DNA of 20,000 nt from an uncultured virus (IMG/VR IMGVR_UViG_3300025018_003789) (IMGVR_UViG_3300025018_003789), one strand, 5' to 3'; positions 8,388 to 18,100 are shown, counted from the first letter of the stretch. Program-made: numbers and translations. Notes: generated from the sequence alone by a model not told the origin.

Positions 8388-9050
8388 ATGCCAGCCTGTA
8401 AACTAGAAACTATATACAAAAATTTCATAGACGAGGAAAGTCCTTGTCGAAATTTTATCACGCCTTTCAAACTTGATTCGTTTTACAACGCTCCTAACTC
8501 TCTTGTCGATGAAACTTCCAATTTAAAACCTAAAGGGCTTTGGTATGCTCAAGGTTCATCATGGTTTGATTGGTGTAAGTCTGAAAGTTTTTCCGACTTT
8601 AGTGATTGTCTTTATATTTATGAGATAATTCCAAATTATGAAAAAGTCCTTCGGATCTCTTCAGAAAATGAATTTGATTACTTTGAAGAAAAGTATTTGA
8701 AAAAAGATTATATTTTTTCAATGATGGATAAAATAGATTGGACATTGGTGTCAAAAGAATATTCTGGCATTGAAATAATTCCTTATCTTTGGCGAAAAAG
8801 ATATGATCATTTTTGGTATCATGGATGGGATATTTCATCTGGCTGCATTTGGAATGCAACTGGAATCAAAGAAGTTAAACTGATTTTCGAAAAATCAAAA
8901 AAACTCTGGTTAAATAGAGGAGATAAAAACGAACCAATTAATATTGGAGATGGAATTCCTGAATCAGAGTATGGTGAACTCCGTTACAAAATAAATGAAA
9001 TGAAAGAAAAAGAACACGGTCGAAGTAGACTCTTTAAGTACATGGCCTAA
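8388..9050 (+). CDS. Trp-rich phage hypothetical protein, possibly ART-related fold
   Basis: AGGA SD; KPKGLWYA...W..WC...IDW..V...YSGIEI.PY...WYHGWD..SGCIWN pattern. Function not established. Confidence 0.6.
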   Translation: MPACKLETIYKNFIDEESPCRNFITPFKLDSFYNAPNSLVDETSNLKPKGLWYAQGSSWFDWCKSESFSDFSDCLYIYEIIPNYEKVLRISSENEFDYFEEKYLKKDYIFSMMDKIDWTLVSKEYSGIEIIPYLWRKRYDHFWYHGWDISSGCIWNATGIKEVKLIFEKSKKLWLNRGDKNEPINIGDGIPESEYGELRYKINEMKEKEHGRSRLFKYMA

Positions 9051-9135
9051 TAGAATCAAGTAATATTTCACCGTATCTTGGGTGGAAATGGTATTAGAAT
9101 AATTGTACCAAAATATAAATTGAATGGATATATAT

Positions 9136-10842
9136 ATGGCTTCTTACATATTTGTAACTGGTGGTGTAGTTAGCGGTCTAGGTAAAGGAATCGCCGCAGC
9201 ATCCTTGGGTGCATTATTGTCCGACAAAGGCTATCGTGTTTCGTTACAAAAATTAGATCCGTATTTAAATATTGATGCAGGAACTATGAATCCCTATCAA
9301 CACGGGGAAGTTTTTGTGACTGAGGACGGTGCAGAAACCGATCTTGATCTAGGGCATTATGAAAGATTTTTAGATGAAAATACAAATATATTGTCAAATG
9401 TAACAACTGGACAAATTTATAAATCTGTTTTAGAGAGAGAAAGAGACGGTTCTTTCCAAGGAGATACAATACAAATTGTACCTCACGTTACAAAAGAAAT
9501 TCAAAACAAAATATTATCGCTTCAAAGCAAAACAGATGCAGATATTATTATCTGTGAAATCGGAGGGACTGTCGGAGATCTTGAGAGTGCTCCTTTCCTA
9601 GAAGCTATTCGTCAAATGCCAATGATTGTTGGTAAAGAAAACTGTTGCTACATTCACCTCACATACGTTCCCTTTCTCGCTCATTCAGGTGAGATAAAAA
9701 CAAAACCCACTCAGCATTCTGTTAGAGATCTTAGAAATCTAGGTATTTCCGCAGACATCATCATCTGTAGGACTGCCGCAGAAGTTATTTTGTCCGAAGA
9801 TATTAAAAACAAAATATCTATGTTCTGTGGCATAGAAGAAAAAAACGTAATTCAGGCAAAAGACTGTAAAACTATTTATGAAGTTCCTTTGAATTTGATA
9901 GGTTTAGATAAATCGGTTTTGGAAATATTGGGTTGGCCCAAAACAGCCAGTGTAAAAAGTGGGATATATTCTTCAATTCAAATAAGTCAATCTGGATGGA
10001 CTTGGACTGGCTATAAAATGTATTTTGATAAACCTCCTGAAAAAGAAGTTACAATTGGAATCGCTGGAAAATACGTTTCCTGTCAAGATGCTTACAAGTC
10101 AATTGACGAATCATTAGTTCATGCTGGAAAAAGATGTGATGTAAAAGTAAATGTTGTAAAAATAGATACAGAAAAAGATTCAGATTTACTTGGAAAAATA
10201 CACGATGGAGATTACTTTGGTTTAGATGGAATTATAGTTCCAGGAGGATTTGGTGGGAGAGGAGTTAAAGGTAAATTGACTATTGCAAGATCATGCATAA
10301 AAAATAATTTTCCTTATTTAGGAATTTGTTATGGTATGCATGTACTTGTTATTGAATTTGCAAAAATGGCCATAAAGGGATCTAGACACGGTGAAATAAA
10401 TACTGTTGAACTTGATTCCGAATGTAAATATCCGGTAATTTCACTCATGGAAAATCAAAAAAATGTATCTTTTGGCGGAACAATGAGATTGGGATCTTAT
10501 GATTGTGATTTGATCGAGGGCACACTAACGAAAGATCTTTATAATCGAAAAGACGAAGAAGATTCAAATGAAAGAAAAGAGATTGTAACAATAAGTGAAA
10601 GACATCGACATAGATACGAAGTGAATTCGGAATTTATTCCAAACTTAGAAGAAATTGGAGTAAAAATCTCTGGAATTAATAAGAAATCTGGACTTGTTGA
10701 AATTGTTGAATATCCTAAAAATGACTTTTGTATTGCATGTCAATTTCATCCAGAATTTAAATCTAGACCGATAAATCCTCATCCTTTATTTGTCGGCTTA
10801 GTAGAATCTGCTATAGCGAGAAAATATAAAAATGACTCATAA
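9136..10842 (+). CDS. pyrG: CTP synthase
   Basis: YIFVTGGVVSGLGKG, KLDPYLN.DAGTMNPYQHGEVFVT, KTKPTQHSV, PGGFG, GICYG (catalytic Cys), RHRHRYE, QFHPEF. Alternative start at 9124. Confidence 0.98.
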   Translation: MASYIFVTGGVVSGLGKGIAAASLGALLSDKGYRVSLQKLDPYLNIDAGTMNPYQHGEVFVTEDGAETDLDLGHYERFLDENTNILSNVTTGQIYKSVLERERDGSFQGDTIQIVPHVTKEIQNKILSLQSKTDADIIICEIGGTVGDLESAPFLEAIRQMPMIVGKENCCYIHLTYVPFLAHSGEIKTKPTQHSVRDLRNLGISADIIICRTAAEVILSEDIKNKISMFCGIEEKNVIQAKDCKTIYEVPLNLIGLDKSVLEILGWPKTASVKSGIYSSIQISQSGWTWTGYKMYFDKPPEKEVTIGIAGKYVSCQDAYKSIDESLVHAGKRCDVKVNVVKIDTEKDSDLLGKIHDGDYFGLDGIIVPGGFGGRGVKGKLTIARSCIKNNFPYLGICYGMHVLVIEFAKMAIKGSRHGEINTVELDSECKYPVISLMENQKNVSFGGTMRLGSYDCDLIEGTLTKDLYNRKDEEDSNERKEIVTISERHRHRYEVNSEFIPNLEEIGVKISGINKKSGLVEIVEYPKNDFCIACQFHPEFKSRPINPHPLFVGLVESAIARKYKNDS

Positions 10843-11388
10843 TTTAGATTTAGATGGTTTTTTTGAAAAGAAAAAAGAAATTGAAGATAAGGAAAACTCG
10901 GGTTCTTTTAGACATCACACTTTAAATGAATCCACCAAAGTTGATTGGTTGACTCCACCAGAAATAATTAAAGACTTAGGTCCATTCGATACAGATCCCT
11001 GCACTCCAATAGAAAGACCTTGGGACACTGCAAAAATACATTACAATATAACAAATAATGGACTTCTTCAGGAATGATCTGGAAGAGTTTGGATGAATCC
11101 ACCTTACGGTAATCGAACAAAACAGTGGATGAAGAAAATGGCTGAACATGATAATGGAATAGCCTTAATCTTCGCAAGAACCGAAACAAGAATATTTTTT
11201 CCTTACATTTGGGATTATGCTGATTCTATTTTTTTGTGAAGGGTCGTCTTAATTTCTATCACATAGATGGAACTAGAGGAGATGCCAATTCCGGTGCTCC
11301 TTCTGTTTTAATTGCATATGGTAAAGAAAATACAAAAAGACTAGAACAAATAAAATGTCTTGAGGGAAAGTTGGTTTATTTGAAATGA
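10832..11388 (+). pseudogene. phage DNA N6-adenine methyltransferase (Dam-like), with in-frame TGA at 11075 and a frameshift at T7 11229-11235
   Basis: DWLTPP...GPFDTDPC...GLLQE*SGRVWMNPPYG...ALIFARTET...DSIF, then in the shifted frame VKGRLNF...SGAPSVLIAYG to TGA 11386-11388. Confidence 0.85.
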
Positions 11389-11774
11389 TAACAAAACTTA
11401 GTAATAAAATTCAATCTGATATAAGAGAATTTCTAGACGATATGGATTTCAAAGATATTGTAAATTCTGCTATCTTAGAAGAAGTTGAAATTAGAGACCC
11501 TAGTGATCAAAGATTTGTAGATAAGATTGTAGATGCAATTGCAGATAAAGTTGTTGAATCTTTAGATGCAGAAACTATTGCTGATCATATTTCAGATGAA
11601 TTGAAAAAACATATTCTTCAGTATAATCCTACAATAGGGGTTGATGGAAATCTTGCTTGTAATTCTTGCTATAGAGAACATGGAAATTGGAAGACTTCGC
11701 AAGGTGGCCAATTAGAACATGCGAACCTGTGTAAAAATGGCGTAGCAATAATAGTGTTAGACGATCTAAATTAA
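11385..11774 (+). CDS. hypothetical protein with C-terminal CxxC...H...C putative Zn site
   Basis: ATGA-coupled to the methyltransferase stop; CNSC...HANLC. Confidence 0.65.
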   Translation: MITKLSNKIQSDIREFLDDMDFKDIVNSAILEEVEIRDPSDQRFVDKIVDAIADKVVESLDAETIADHISDELKKHILQYNPTIGVDGNLACNSCYREHGNWKTSQGGQLEHANLCKNGVAIIVLDDLN

Positions 11775-11863
11775 AGGAGACCAATAGAAATGGCTAAAAG
11801 ATCACCGTGAAATAATGGAGAATATGCAATTCTTCACGTAGCAATGTCTGAAATGGATGTTGG

Positions 11864-12116
11864 GGTGTTTTCAACAGTTGGCTGAAAATCTACAAAAAAC
11901 TATAAATAATTACAAAATTCGATAACCAAGAATCAGTAATAATAAAAGTTTTTTATAGAAAAATAGAAAGAAGATACCGTAAGTTCTACGGAAATTAAAG
12001 TCTGTGGAGAGAATGTAAGTCAAATAATATCAATTTATTAATATTATTTGCTATCTTGATGAAGCAGAAAGTGAACAGAGAATCTTTTGTAGATTTTTGT
12101 AAGTTTCACAGAACGG
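11864..12116 (+). mobile_element. non-autonomous IS607-like mini-element with TnpB omegaRNA-like scaffold and no ORF
   Basis: Left end CAGTTGGCTGAAAATCTACAAAAAACTA and right end TTTGTAGATTTTTGTAAGTTTCACAGAACGG match the ends of the 13594-14859 element. Left boundary uncertain by a few nt. Confidence 0.75.
11975..12116 (+). ncRNA. putative omegaRNA (reRNA) scaffold
   Basis: CCGTA-AGTTC-TACGG hairpin, TCTGTGGAGA...GTAAG, 10-bp stem CAAATAATAT/ATATTATTTG, TGAAGCAGAA; colinear with 14699-14859. Confidence 0.65.
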
Positions 12117-12635
12117 TTATGTTGATGGGGATTATGAAGGTACAATTCGTAATTTCGGAAAGAACATAGCAACTATCGCAGAAAAAATCAACAGAACACC
12201 AAGAGCTATTTGTGATAAAATGGCAGAGCGTTATTCAGAAAGAGAAATTAGATCTTTCGAGAATGTTTATGAAGGTGAAGAATCAGCATCAGAGCGTGTC
12301 TTCAGCACTCTTCATCGTTCTGTAGAGCACAAGTTGTATAAGTTGTATCAAAGTAGCGAAGATAAGAGTTTGAATCGTGCCTTTTCGAAGAGAATTGATT
12401 CTACTGTTTCTCCGATGAAAAACATTAATAGTTTCATCGAAAAGGAAGTTAACCGTAAGACCACAACTAAACTTCCAAAAGAAACTGTTTCTCAAATCAA
12501 GAGTTCGTGGGAAATTTCAAGAACACCAAAGATTTCTTCCGTAACTTCTCGTGTTTTAACTTCAGTTGCTCAACATTCAACCTCTCTAAGTGCATATAGA
12601 AAAAGATAAAATCTTTTTAAATTGCTATTGATGCG

Positions 12636-12669
12636 AAGGGAGCTATTTTATTATAGCTCCCTTTTGTTT
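12636..12669 (+). terminator. intrinsic terminator
   Basis: 11-bp perfect stem AAGGGAGCTAT/ATAGCTCCCTT followed by TTGTTT, just downstream of the 12609 stop. Confidence 0.8.
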
Positions 12670-12694
12670 AATTTGATGAATCGAGGTAAGGCAT

Positions 12695-13210
12695 TTGGAT
12701 AAAATCAAGTCTAATGGACAAAAAGAATTCAATAAAAAAAGATATGATAAACACAATTCTGAATCTAAAAGAAAATTCAAACTTCTTTCGGATCTATTAA
12801 GGACGGAATACCGAGACTGCGAAGAAAATTTCAAGTATGATGGGTTGTGGAAGCCTAAAGACAAATTCATAAAAATAGAATTTGAAGATAGAAGAGAAAA
12901 GAATTTTGATGGTCTGAGGGATGGAGATTATCCATACAGTAATGGATATAGTATTTTAGAGAGAAAACTTAAAGACGATAAAAATAAATCATCTCTTTTT
13001 GTTATTACAAAACAAGGCTGTGATACTGAATTTGGTTTCATTAACTTTGCCCTCGCTAGAAAATTATACAAAGAACATAAACTAGAATCTGAAGCCTTTC
13101 AAGCCAGAGATACAGACAAGCCTGAGAAAAGATTCTTATTTCCAATTGATTTATGCACTTTCATAAAAGTAAACTTCAAAACAGGAAAGATAGTTAAGAA
13201 TGGAAAGTAA
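12695..13210 (+). CDS. hypothetical protein, possible PD-(D/E)XK endonuclease fold
   Basis: TTG start after GAGGTAAGG; YDGLW....IKIEFEDR resembles a D...E-x-E nuclease core; weak. Confidence 0.5.
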   Translation: MDKIKSNGQKEFNKKRYDKHNSESKRKFKLLSDLLRTEYRDCEENFKYDGLWKPKDKFIKIEFEDRREKNFDGLRDGDYPYSNGYSILERKLKDDKNKSSLFVITKQGCDTEFGFINFALARKLYKEHKLESEAFQARDTDKPEKRFLFPIDLCTFIKVNFKTGKIVKNGK

Positions 13211-13511
13211 TGTTTTGGCCAAAACCCTTGACAAGGTTGAATTGCCGTTGCACTATTCCCCAGAGTTTGGACATTATACATATTATGAAAATGTCCTATA
13301 CTACTACAAGACAGGAAGAAAGTTGCCCAAAAAGGGAATTCGCTGTATGCGAGAAAACTGTCTTCCAAATAGAAAGAAAAAGGTTAAGAGAATTTCCGTC
13401 ATCTTCGATGGGGAAAATCTTCTTTTAATAGATTCTGAAGTAAAGAATACAAGACTGACACGTGGTAAGTTTCGGGGCTTGTCGCATGAGGAGGTTTTAA
13501 ATGGAGGTTGA
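13200..13511 (+). CDS. hypothetical basic protein
   Basis: 103-aa ORF overlapping both neighbours by 11 nt. Confidence 0.5.
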   Translation: MESNVLAKTLDKVELPLHYSPEFGHYTYYENVLYYYKTGRKLPKKGIRCMRENCLPNRKKKVKRISVIFDGENLLLIDSEVKNTRLTRGKFRGLSHEEVLNGG

Positions 13512-13686
13512 TTATGAACTTGAAGTCGTCCTATATGCTTGTGCATCCATCAATCTTAGATGTGAGTCTTTAGAATATGAATTCCATCTAGGGTAATGAC
13601 CGTTGACTAAAAATCTACAAAAAACTACAAAAAAGTGAAAAAATATGGAAGAAAAACAAAAGGTCAAAATCGTATAAGAATAAATT

Positions 13687-13821
13687 ATGAAAATAAAAGG
13701 TTACAAAGTTGAACTGAAACTCAACAATAAGCAAAGAACTATGCTCCTGCAACATGCAGGAGCAGCCAGATTCACTTATAATTGGGGACTTTCAAAACGA
13801 ATTGACCTAAGAATTTTGTGA
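13687..13821 (+). pseudogene. tnpB: tnpB N-terminal fragment (HTH_OrfB_IS605-like)
   Basis: MKIKGYKVELKLNNKQRTMLLQHAGAARFTYNWGL, a typical TnpB N-terminus; truncated after 44 codons. Confidence 0.85.
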
Positions 13822-13830
13822 ATAAATAAT

Positions 13831-14565
13831 ATGGGAAGACTTTGCAGTATGGAAAATAAAGTTTACATATATGGTCTAAAATGTCCCGAAAAAAGGATTA
13901 TTAGATATATTGGGAAAAGTAAGAAACCTAAATCAAGATATTCATCACATTTAAGTCACACAAAAGCAAAAAGGTATGATAATATTCATTTATACCGATG
14001 GATTGCGAAGCTTTTAAGAGATGACTTAAAACCCGAATTGATTATATTGGATAGTTGCAGTGATGAAGATTGGAAGAAAAAAGAAAAGGAATGGATTGCT
14101 AAAATAGGATTGAAAAATTTGCTTAATATGAATGAGGGTGGTATTGAACCACCAGATAATACGGGTTTTAAATGGACTGATGAACAAAAAGCGAATCATC
14201 CATCACATAAGAGAAAAGGCAAACCTCAATGGATCAATATTCCACATCCGATGACGGGAAAAATTGGGAAAGATAATCCTAATTATGGGCAAAAGCGTTC
14301 TAAAGAATTTTGTGAGTTAATGCGAAAACAAAGGTTAGAAAACAATGGAATGAAAGGCGTAAAGCTTTCAAAAGAGAGAGTCGAGCAGATAAAAAAACGT
14401 GTTAGAAAACCAGTAGCAATGATTGATGGTAATGGAAATATATTAAAAGAGTATAAATCACAAAAAGAAGCAACAATTGAATTGGGTTTAACTCAAGGTG
14501 CGGTGGCAAGAGTGTGTAGTGGAGAATATAAACAAACAAAAGGATATAAATTTAAATACTTATAA
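13831..14565 (+). CDS. GIY-YIG homing endonuclease with NUMOD3-like repeats and C-terminal NUMOD1-like HTH
   Basis: VYIYGL...RYIGKS.....RY..H...E..WI....LLN; NPNYGQKRSKE and NGMKGVKLSKE; KPVAMID..GNILKEYKS.KEA...LG......RVC.G..K...GYKFKY. Alternative start 13849. Confidence 0.9.
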   Translation: MGRLCSMENKVYIYGLKCPEKRIIRYIGKSKKPKSRYSSHLSHTKAKRYDNIHLYRWIAKLLRDDLKPELIILDSCSDEDWKKKEKEWIAKIGLKNLLNMNEGGIEPPDNTGFKWTDEQKANHPSHKRKGKPQWINIPHPMTGKIGKDNPNYGQKRSKEFCELMRKQRLENNGMKGVKLSKERVEQIKKRVRKPVAMIDGNGNILKEYKSQKEATIELGLTQGAVARVCSGEYKQTKGYKFKYL

Positions 14566-14566
14566 A

Positions 14567-14755
14567 AATTCCAGTAAGACCTGTTCTAATTGTGGTGCTA
14601 TTAAAAGAGATTTGAGTTTAGGTGATCGTCAATATAATTGTGAGGTGTGTGACTTTAGCATTGACAGGGACGAGAATGCAGCTATAGTCTTGATGAAAGC
14701 CGCAAGTTCTGCGGTGTTAGCCTGTGGAGATATTGTAAGCCCTCAAAGCGCTTAG
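14567..14755 (+). pseudogene. tnpB: tnpB C-terminal fragment (Zn ribbon + RuvC-III)
   Basis: SSKTCSNCG....LSL.DR.YNCEVC...IDRDENAA. Confidence 0.88.
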
Positions 14756-14859
14756 TGCGCTTTGCGGCTGTATCGTTGAAGCAGGAATTAGATTGAGAAT
14801 TTGGTGTTATCCGAAGGATTGAACTTCGTTACCAGATTTTTGTAGATTCTAAGGAACGG
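14699..14859 (+). ncRNA. putative omegaRNA (reRNA) scaffold overlapping the tnpB 3' end
   Basis: CCGCA-AGTTC-TGCGG hairpin, CCTGTGGAGA...GTAAG, stem CAAAGCGC/GCGCTTTG, TGAAGCAGGA, running to the right end. Confidence 0.65.
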
Positions 14860-15192
14860 TATGGCGTGCTAGAAGACATGTATGATAAATTAAGAGTTCG
14901 AGAAGACGTTGAAACACTGACCCTCTCTTTTCCAGAAAGATTTTTAAACATAACAGAGAGAAGAATTCTACTAAAAAAAATAAGTCATTTTTGTCCAAAT
15001 GTAAAAAAAGTAACAATTAAAACTCACTGCCCGATGGTAGTTCAGCAATGTCCAAATGGTTCAGTGTCGGTTTTCAATCAAGGTCCGAAAGATTCTGGAG
15101 ATATCCATAAAAGGCACTATCCCACAGAAGAACAACTTAATTATTTTGACGTAAAAAAACTAAATGTAATTTAAAAGAAAAGAGAAAGTCAA

Positions 15193-18100
15193 ATGGAACA
15201 GGTTACCGACAAAGTTTACCGCTGGGGTGATCACGATGAGACTGCTATTCAGCAAATCATGAAGTGTACTTATGATGGACGTGCTGTTGCAGGTGCATTG
15301 ATGGCTGATGGTCACATGGGCTATTCTATGCCTATCGGAGGCGTTGTAGGTTACAAGAACCTTGTATCTCCTTCTGGCGTTGGATTCGATATCGCATGTA
15401 TTGCTGAAGGGACAGAAATAACTACTGGTTCTGGAGAGATTATAAAGATTGAAGACATTACAAAAGACCATAAGGGTCTTACGATGAAACTGTCTGGTTC
15501 TCTTGTAGAAACCAATATTACCGGAATTAAAAGCAAAGAAGTTGAAGAGATTTTGGAAATAGAATTAGAAAATGGAGATGTTTTACGTTTGACAGAAGAC
15601 CATCTTCTCCTTACTCAAGAACATGGATGTGAGTCTTGGTGGGAGGCAGGGAAGTTATCAATAGGAGACAAAATAATTGTGTCCCCTTATAAAGGAGTGC
15701 AAGGGGCTTCTACAAAACACCCTGTTTTCATGAGGCTTCTTGGGTATCTGATGGGAGACGGCCACCTTCCATCAAATGGTTGTAGATCGTCCTTCTATTC
15801 TTCCATAGATGAAGATGCTGATTTAATTAAAAAAGACATAGAAATATATTCTGATTATATTCATCAACAATTCGAAATCCAAAAATCTCAATCTGCAAAT
15901 CCAGAATCTATCTCATCAATTGACCCCGTTAACGTTAGAATTTTCCGAAGAGACAGAAAAACTATTACCGGAAAAGATACAAGGGAAAATTGTGTTTATT
16001 TTTCATCGGAGTGGATCAGAAGGGAATTTGAACTTTATGGATGTCCTTCTGGAAAGAAAAATTTTGATATATCAAGACTTCATGAAGTCTTTTCTGATCT
16101 TTCATTAGTAGATAAGGCCAATTTTATTAATGGACTTTTGGGAGCAGAAGCAGGTTGCCCAAAAATTGGGAAAAATAATGTCTTCAATCCTTGGATTAAG
16201 ATGGGCGGTATAAATGGGAAAGATTTATTGGAATTTATTTCTTCTCTACTCGATGAATTTGGCTTTGAATCGCACATTACTCTTTCTACAGAAGAAGAGG
16301 ATGGGAAAGGGGCTACATATGTTCTCCAAATCGTTGGAGGAATGGACGAATTTGAAAGGTTTTACAGAACCTTTAAGTTTTTCTATTCTGGTTACAAGGA
16401 AATAGAAAAGGCAAAAGTTCTTTCTTATATTTGGAACAAAAAACAAATAATTAATAAGAAAATCGCCGCCAGAGAACTTTGCAGGGTTCTTAGATCGCAA
16501 GGTCATAAAGTTCATTTTTTACATGAAGAAGCCTCTCGAATTCTTGGGTACGAAGTCAATAAACGTTTTGCCCTTAGATCAATTTACGAAGATTGTGATT
16601 CTCCAAGAATCAGCACAGAACAGCCCGTTATCGATACTATTAATGAATGTGTTTTTGTCAAAATTGTATCAATAAATAAAATTAAAGAAAAAACTAAAGT
16701 CTATGACATTGGTATTGCTCACGAAGATCATAATTTTATTGCTAATGGAATTATTGTGCATAACTGCGGAAATAAAGCAGTTCGTTTAAATGTCAAAGGT
16801 AAAGACATCAAAAAAGACATCAAAAAAGACATTAAAAAAATTATGGATCAAGTCTTCAAGACCATTTCTTTTGGTGTTGGACGAAACAATAACGAAAAGG
16901 TTGAGCACTCTCTCTTTGAAGATGAAACATGGAAGTTGCCATGCATTAAAGAAATTGCTCGTGGTAAAAATCCTATTGCATTGAAAGATTTAGCCGCTAA
17001 CCAATTAGGAACTGTTGGCTCTGGGAATCACTACGTCGATTTATTTGTAGACGAAAATGATGATGTTTGGATTGGTGTCCACTTTGGTTCTCGTGGATTG
17101 GGTCACAAAACGGCAACATATTTTTTAAATAAAGCCGGAGGAAAAGATGATATAAATGCTTATCCCACTTTAATTGAGGCTGATAGTGAATTAGGCATCG
17201 ATTATATTGCTTGTATGAATTTGGCTGGACGATATGCATATGCTGGTAGAGACTGGGTTTGTGATCGTGTGGCTAAAATTCTTCATGCAAAAATTGTAGA
17301 AGAAATCCATAACCATCATAATTTTTGCATTCCTGCGACAGAAAAAATTCCAACTCCTTTGGGATGGAAAACAATTGATAAATTAGAAATAGGTGAAACA
17401 GTTTATGGCTTCGATAAAGATTTTGGTTTGTATGAAACAAAAATAAAAAACAAATGGAATAATGGAAAAAAAGAAATCTATACAATAGGAACCAAAAATA
17501 GAAAAATAAGATGTTCTGGTGATCATCCTATATTAGTTATAGAAATTCAAGAAAAACCACATCCAGAAAGAAAATGGCATAAAAAAAATACTGGAAATTA
17601 TTTATGGAAAAAAGCAAGTGAATTAAAAATTAAAGATATAGTTGTATGCGCTGAAAGTTACTATCCTAGTTCGGAGTTAAATGATTTTGGTTTACATAAA
17701 GCTAGACTTTTGGGAGCTTTTATTGGAGATGGTTGGGTTCGACAAGATCCCACTATAAGTGGATATTCTATTGGATTGGCTATTGGTGGTAAGGAAGAAA
17801 AGGTAACAGAAGAATACTTAAATATTCTTAAAAAAGTATTTCCTGAAGCCGATTGGAAAAATAATAAAAAGGTGCTTTTGGGCTAACGGCATCATGTAAA
17901 TTTATATATGAAAAGCTAAAAAAATGGAATATTCATCAAAAATCAAAAAAAAGAAGATTCCCAAGTTATGTTTTCAATTTAAGCCATGAAGAAAAAATAC
18001 ATTTTTTATCTGGATATGTTGATGCTGATGGGCACGTCCATAAGGAAGATGGCAAAAAAAATCATGGAAGAACTAAAATTTGCTCTACAAACAAATTGCT

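Larger units (their letters stand above)
11790..12609 (+). pseudogene. putative HTH DNA-binding protein gene interrupted by an IS607-like mini-element and carrying a TGA at 11808
   Basis: Strong SD AAAGGAG; MAKRSP*NNGEYAILH...MDVG joins in frame across the element to YVDGDYEG...IAEKINRTPRAICDKMAERY (HTH-like), which continues as the 12220-12609 ORF. Confidence 0.6.
13594..14859 (+). mobile_element. IS607-like tnpB element whose tnpB core is replaced by a GIY-YIG endonuclease gene
   Basis: GG at both junctions and no target duplication. Subterminal CCGTTGACTAAAAATCTACAAAAA versus the reverse complement of the right end CCGTTCCTTAGAATCTACAAAAA. tnpB 5' and 3' remnants; no tnpA. Confidence 0.8.
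13501..15174 (+). pseudogene. hypothetical gene (about 135 aa) split by the IS607-like element
   Basis: GAGGAGG SD before ATG 13501. MEVDYELEVV...YEFHLG (13501-13593) joins in frame to YGVLEDMYDKL... (14860-15174) when 13594-14859 is removed. Confidence 0.7.

Noticed and set aside
11229..11236. Programmed -1 frameshift (T TTT TTG) in the Dam-like gene
   Set aside because: The gene also has an upstream stop, and a one-base loss in a T run is a typical error or decay event.
14498..14755. 85-aa ORF as an independent gene
   Set aside because: Its first 23 codons are an alternative frame of the GIY-YIG gene; only 14567 onward is tnpB remnant.
11864..14859. Group I intron / IStron identity for the two elements
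   Set aside because: No room or recognisable catalytic core between left end and scaffold or tnpB; not supportable by eye.
17860..17875. Programmed -1 frameshift in intein 2
   Set aside because: Sequence is T AAA AAG, not a full A AAA AAG heptamer, with no obvious stimulatory hairpin; a homopolymer deletion is simpler.
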